Part shown: positions 49,547 through 52,279 of the stretch, in pieces
Numbering within the stretch: position 1 is the stretch's first letter
Layout: every line of letters begins with the position of its first letter
Source: a virus
Lineage: Duplodnaviria; Caudoviricetes
Direction: 5' to 3' (one strand)
DNA: 52,279 nucleotides
Virus record (IMG/VR): IMGVR_UViG_3300033420_000007
Location: 1-52,279 of that record
Made by a program: the position numbers and the translations under genes
Notes under the pieces: generated by a model
What the model saw: the letters and a program-made list of their open reading frames with translations, nothing else
The model's database searches: none
What the model was told of the DNA's origin: nothing

Positions 49547-49695
49547 TTTGTTTTAGTTACTAAATTAAAGTTTAGATATACTATAGGAAACAACACCCAC
49601 AGTATATCCGATTTTAATCTAATGAAATTTATGTGGCTGTATGTATCAGGAAATGAAATAACCTCATACTGCACTTAGGTTAACTACTCCCACCA

Positions 49696-49854
49696 CTATA
49701 TCTTTATACTGTACTTTCAATCTTTGTTCCTTATGAGAACTACTATCTCTGTAGTATTATTACCTCTCCAAAAATAATCTTCTCATCTTTTTAATAGTCG
49801 TCATTCTAACTGTAAGTATCACTCATTATAATTTCTATTTTTTTGTATTGTCAT
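49696..49854 (-). CDS. Small hypothetical protein (52 aa)
   Basis: Follows the promoter TTGTAT-N16-TATAAT at 49884-49911. Confidence 0.5.
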
Positions 49855-49939
49855 TTTATTTAGTTATTTAGTTATATAAATATATTATATTCAATTAATG
49901 TTAAAATACAAGGGAATTTTACAAAAATCTTTTTACCAG

Positions 49940-50119
49940 TTATAAACCTATACTTCTGAGTTTTTGTTTTACTTCTTCTGAAAGTGTTACTCGCTCTCAT
50001 ACAACTATATCTTCAAATCAAGTTAGTCTTTTTAATGCGTGATACAACATCTCGTTTATATATGTCTTACCAGTATTATCTATTTTCTTAATAACCTCTA
50101 CCTTTTTCTTTCTAGTCAT
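49940..50119 (-). CDS. Small hypothetical protein (59 aa)
   Basis: Open frame. Confidence 0.55.
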
Positions 50120-50125
50120 AACTAA

Positions 50126-50398
50126 TTATTTAGTTTTAAAAAGCTTTGTTAATCTCTTAATTATTTCTAACATCTCATCGTTTACTTTTAACTCGTTCCA
50201 TTCATTCTGTACTAATCTTTTGAATTCAGGATACCTACTTAATACACTGTTAGTTATATAATCTACAAAAACTACTATAGTTGTAAATTTCTTTACAGGT
50301 ATAACAACAGTATCCACTACCTCTTCAAACTCTTTTACAGTTGTGTCTGGTTTGATACTATTAGTAAACAATTTGCCTTTTTCCTTTTGGTTTCCCAT
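50126..50398 (-). CDS. Hypothetical protein (90 aa)
   Basis: Present in the ORF track; no TGA. Confidence 0.65.
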   Translation of the reverse strand: MGNQKEKGKLFTNSIKPDTTVKEFEEVVDTVVIPVKKFTTIVVFVDYITNSVLSRYPEFKRLVQNEWNELKVNDEMLEIIKRLTKLFKTK

Positions 50399-50717
50399 TT
50401 ATATTTAGTTTATTTTTTAAAATCTGCTTTTCAGTCTGCTCTCTTTGGTTTTCATCATATCTTTTTTTTGAACATACATCACAATACTTAAGGTTATTCC
50501 TTCTTATTCAATCTTTCTCAAATGTTACTCAACAATCTCTACAAACATATTGTTTTTTATTCCAAGCTAATTCTATAACCTTATTTTTTTTTTTGGTAAT
50601 AGATATTTTCAAATCTTTTAATTCTTTTCTTAAATTATATATCTGTACCATTAATACCTTATTCATATCTTTTGTCTCAAAGAGTTCTTTTCTTAACTCA
50701 AGTAATTCTTTTTCCAT
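50361..50717 (-). CDS. Coiled-coil plus Zn-ribbon protein (3' end uncertain)
   Basis: CRDCG...YCDVC; promoter TTGAAT-N16-TATAAT at 50747-50774. Confidence 0.55.
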
Positions 50718-50743
50718 TAGTTAGTATTAATATGTAAATATGT

Positions 50744-51043
50744 TTAATTATACGCTTTTTTTGTAAAAATTCAAGCGTTATAGTATTTATTTCGTCTCTC
50801 TACAAATTCTTGCTTATATACTTGTACATTACAATCAGTTTCTTTAAACTTCATAGCGTTCTGGATAGTCTCCCACATACAGAATACATAATCTCCTGCT
50901 ACACTATAATCTTCTATTAACATACTCTGGTTACTCAAAGCTTTCTTATATTCTACATCAGTTGTATAGTATTTGTACCCTAAAAATCAGTTTCCTAATA
51001 CTAGTAAAATAATAGCTAATAACATAATCTTAATCTTGTTCAT
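50744..51043 (-). CDS. Membrane-anchored hypothetical protein (99 aa)
   Basis: N-terminal TM. Confidence 0.55.
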
Positions 51044-51045
51044 TT

Positions 51046-51435
51046 TTATTTTTTATTAGAATTTAAAAGTTTCTTGAGCCTATAATTTTCCTTAGCCTTA
51101 GCTAATCTAACCTCTCTATTCTTCTTGTATCGTTCATTGTAATACTCTTTCCGTTTCTGTGTCTTATCAGGATTGTTATTGGTATAATTCTTGTTGTATT
51201 CTAGTTTAGCCTCTCTATTCTTCTTGTATCGTTCATTGTAATACTCTTTTCTCCTCTCAGCCTCCTTAGCTTTCCATTCAGCCCTCTCTTTTAGCTTTTG
51301 TTCTTTTCATTCTAATAGCTTTCTTCTCTTCTCATCTCTTGCTATAGCCCTCTGCACCATCACCTCACTCTGTTTTCTCTGTGGATGTCTTTCTACAAAC
51401 TTATCCACTAACTCTTTTATACTATCTAAACTCAT
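51046..51435 (-). CDS. Basic coiled-coil protein with an internal duplication (129 aa)
   Basis: KEYYNEWYKKNRE occurs twice (about 40-bp repeat at 51111 and 51210). Confidence 0.6.
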
Positions 51436-51459
51436 CTTTATATATATTAATAAATAAAA

Positions 51460-51951
51460 TTAATCTAACGCTCAAATAAAGTCTCAAAACTTACCCTCAT
51501 CTATATAAATCTTCGCAAATTTAACCGCTTCATCTAAATTCTCATAAAACATCCCTACTCATTTTCAATTTATAGTATCTATACAATCTCAATCCATAAA
51601 CACTGATTCTATCTTCTCTATCCTATACCTGAAACAGTGCTTATCATCTATACAATATTTTTTCTGGGTGTCGTAATCATCCCATTGCGGACTAACTATA
51701 TAAACAACACTCTTTCTGATGTCTCATACATAGCACTGGCTGTTAGGATTTACATATTCTGGTTCATTATATACTTGAGTATTTGGTAAACTATTAATTT
51801 TAGTATATATATCATTAAAAGATATATTCATATTAGCTATCTTATTCTCCAAAGCAGTAATCCTACTATCTAATGTCTTATCCTCATTCTCTACCTTTAT
51901 AGTACATCATCAAAGAAATAGTATAGGCAACAATATCCATAATTTATTCAT
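51460..51951 (-). CDS. Putative lipoprotein (163 aa)
   Basis: MNKLWILLPILFLGG-C lipobox, which requires TGA TGA = Gly Gly. Confidence 0.65.
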
Positions 51952-51968
51952 TTTATATTAGTTAAAAA

Positions 51969-52279
51969 TTAAAACTTTCCTCAATAATATTGTTTTAGTA
52001 CATTATCAATTCTCCAATCTTGATTATATTTTCAAGTCTCCGGAATATCTTTACAATACACATACTCTCAACCTCTATTCATATTATCTTCTAATAACTT
52101 ATCACTATATTCGCTTTGTATATTACACTCTCACATAGTTACGTGTCTATTTTTATCTTTAGGTCATACATCTATATTTGTACAATATCATATCCTTACA
52201 TTTGCAACAAGACATCAAAAGCCTCCGGCGTACTCCTCCAACCAAACATCAGCCACAGTTATAATACTATTCTCTAGTC
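51969..52279 (-). CDS. Partial hypothetical protein (5' end outside the window)
   Basis: Open frame to the TAA at 51969 under code 25. Confidence 0.55.

Noticed and set aside
50361-50470. Programmed frameshift at the A8 run in the Zn-ribbon gene
   Set aside because: An alternative frame ends neatly before the next gene, but a homopolymer error or a simple overlap explains it equally well
51111-51249. About 40-bp direct repeat as an att site or mobile-element end
   Set aside because: The 99-bp spacing is in frame and encodes a duplicated peptide
1-52279. TGA=Trp (code 4) or mass pseudogenisation
   Set aside because: TGA falls at Gly positions of P-loops and Gly-rich tails, and frames are otherwise intact

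Overview
A 52 kb, very AT-rich segment of a tailed, contractile-tail (myovirus-like) bacteriophage or prophage. Essentially all genes lie on the minus strand. The standard-code ORF track fragments nearly every gene because the DNA uses a recoded alphabet. TGA reads as Gly (code 25), and CGA/CGG fall at invariant Trp positions. That combination is known for Absconditabacteria (SR1, CPR), the inferred host. I translated the genes by hand with this code. In transcription order (right to left) the window holds: small membrane and lipoprotein genes and a lysozyme-like gene; portal, Mu gpF-like protein and a Com-like Zn finger; a protease-scaffold fusion and the major capsid protein; neck, sheath and tube; a frameshifted tail chaperone and tape measure; baseplate; about 18 kb of tail fibre or adhesin genes interrupted by a Dps gene and HNH cassettes; a lysis region (holin-like genes, a papain-like peptidase, a ferredoxin with an in-frame TAA); and a replication/recombination block (initiator with internal iterons, AEP primase-DnaB helicase fusion, RecA, SSAP-like protein, MoxR AAA+). 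The most novel-looking layer is non-coding. It includes two copies of a promoter+GAGC+leader-terminator module next to the Com-like gene, three copies of a 19-nt palindromic operator directly before start codons, a three-stem attenuator ahead of the initiator gene, and HNH cassettes with structured leaders flanked by duplicated ends of their target genes. No terminase, integrase, tRNA, CRISPR array or reverse transcriptase was seen. All product calls come from motif recognition, not database searches.
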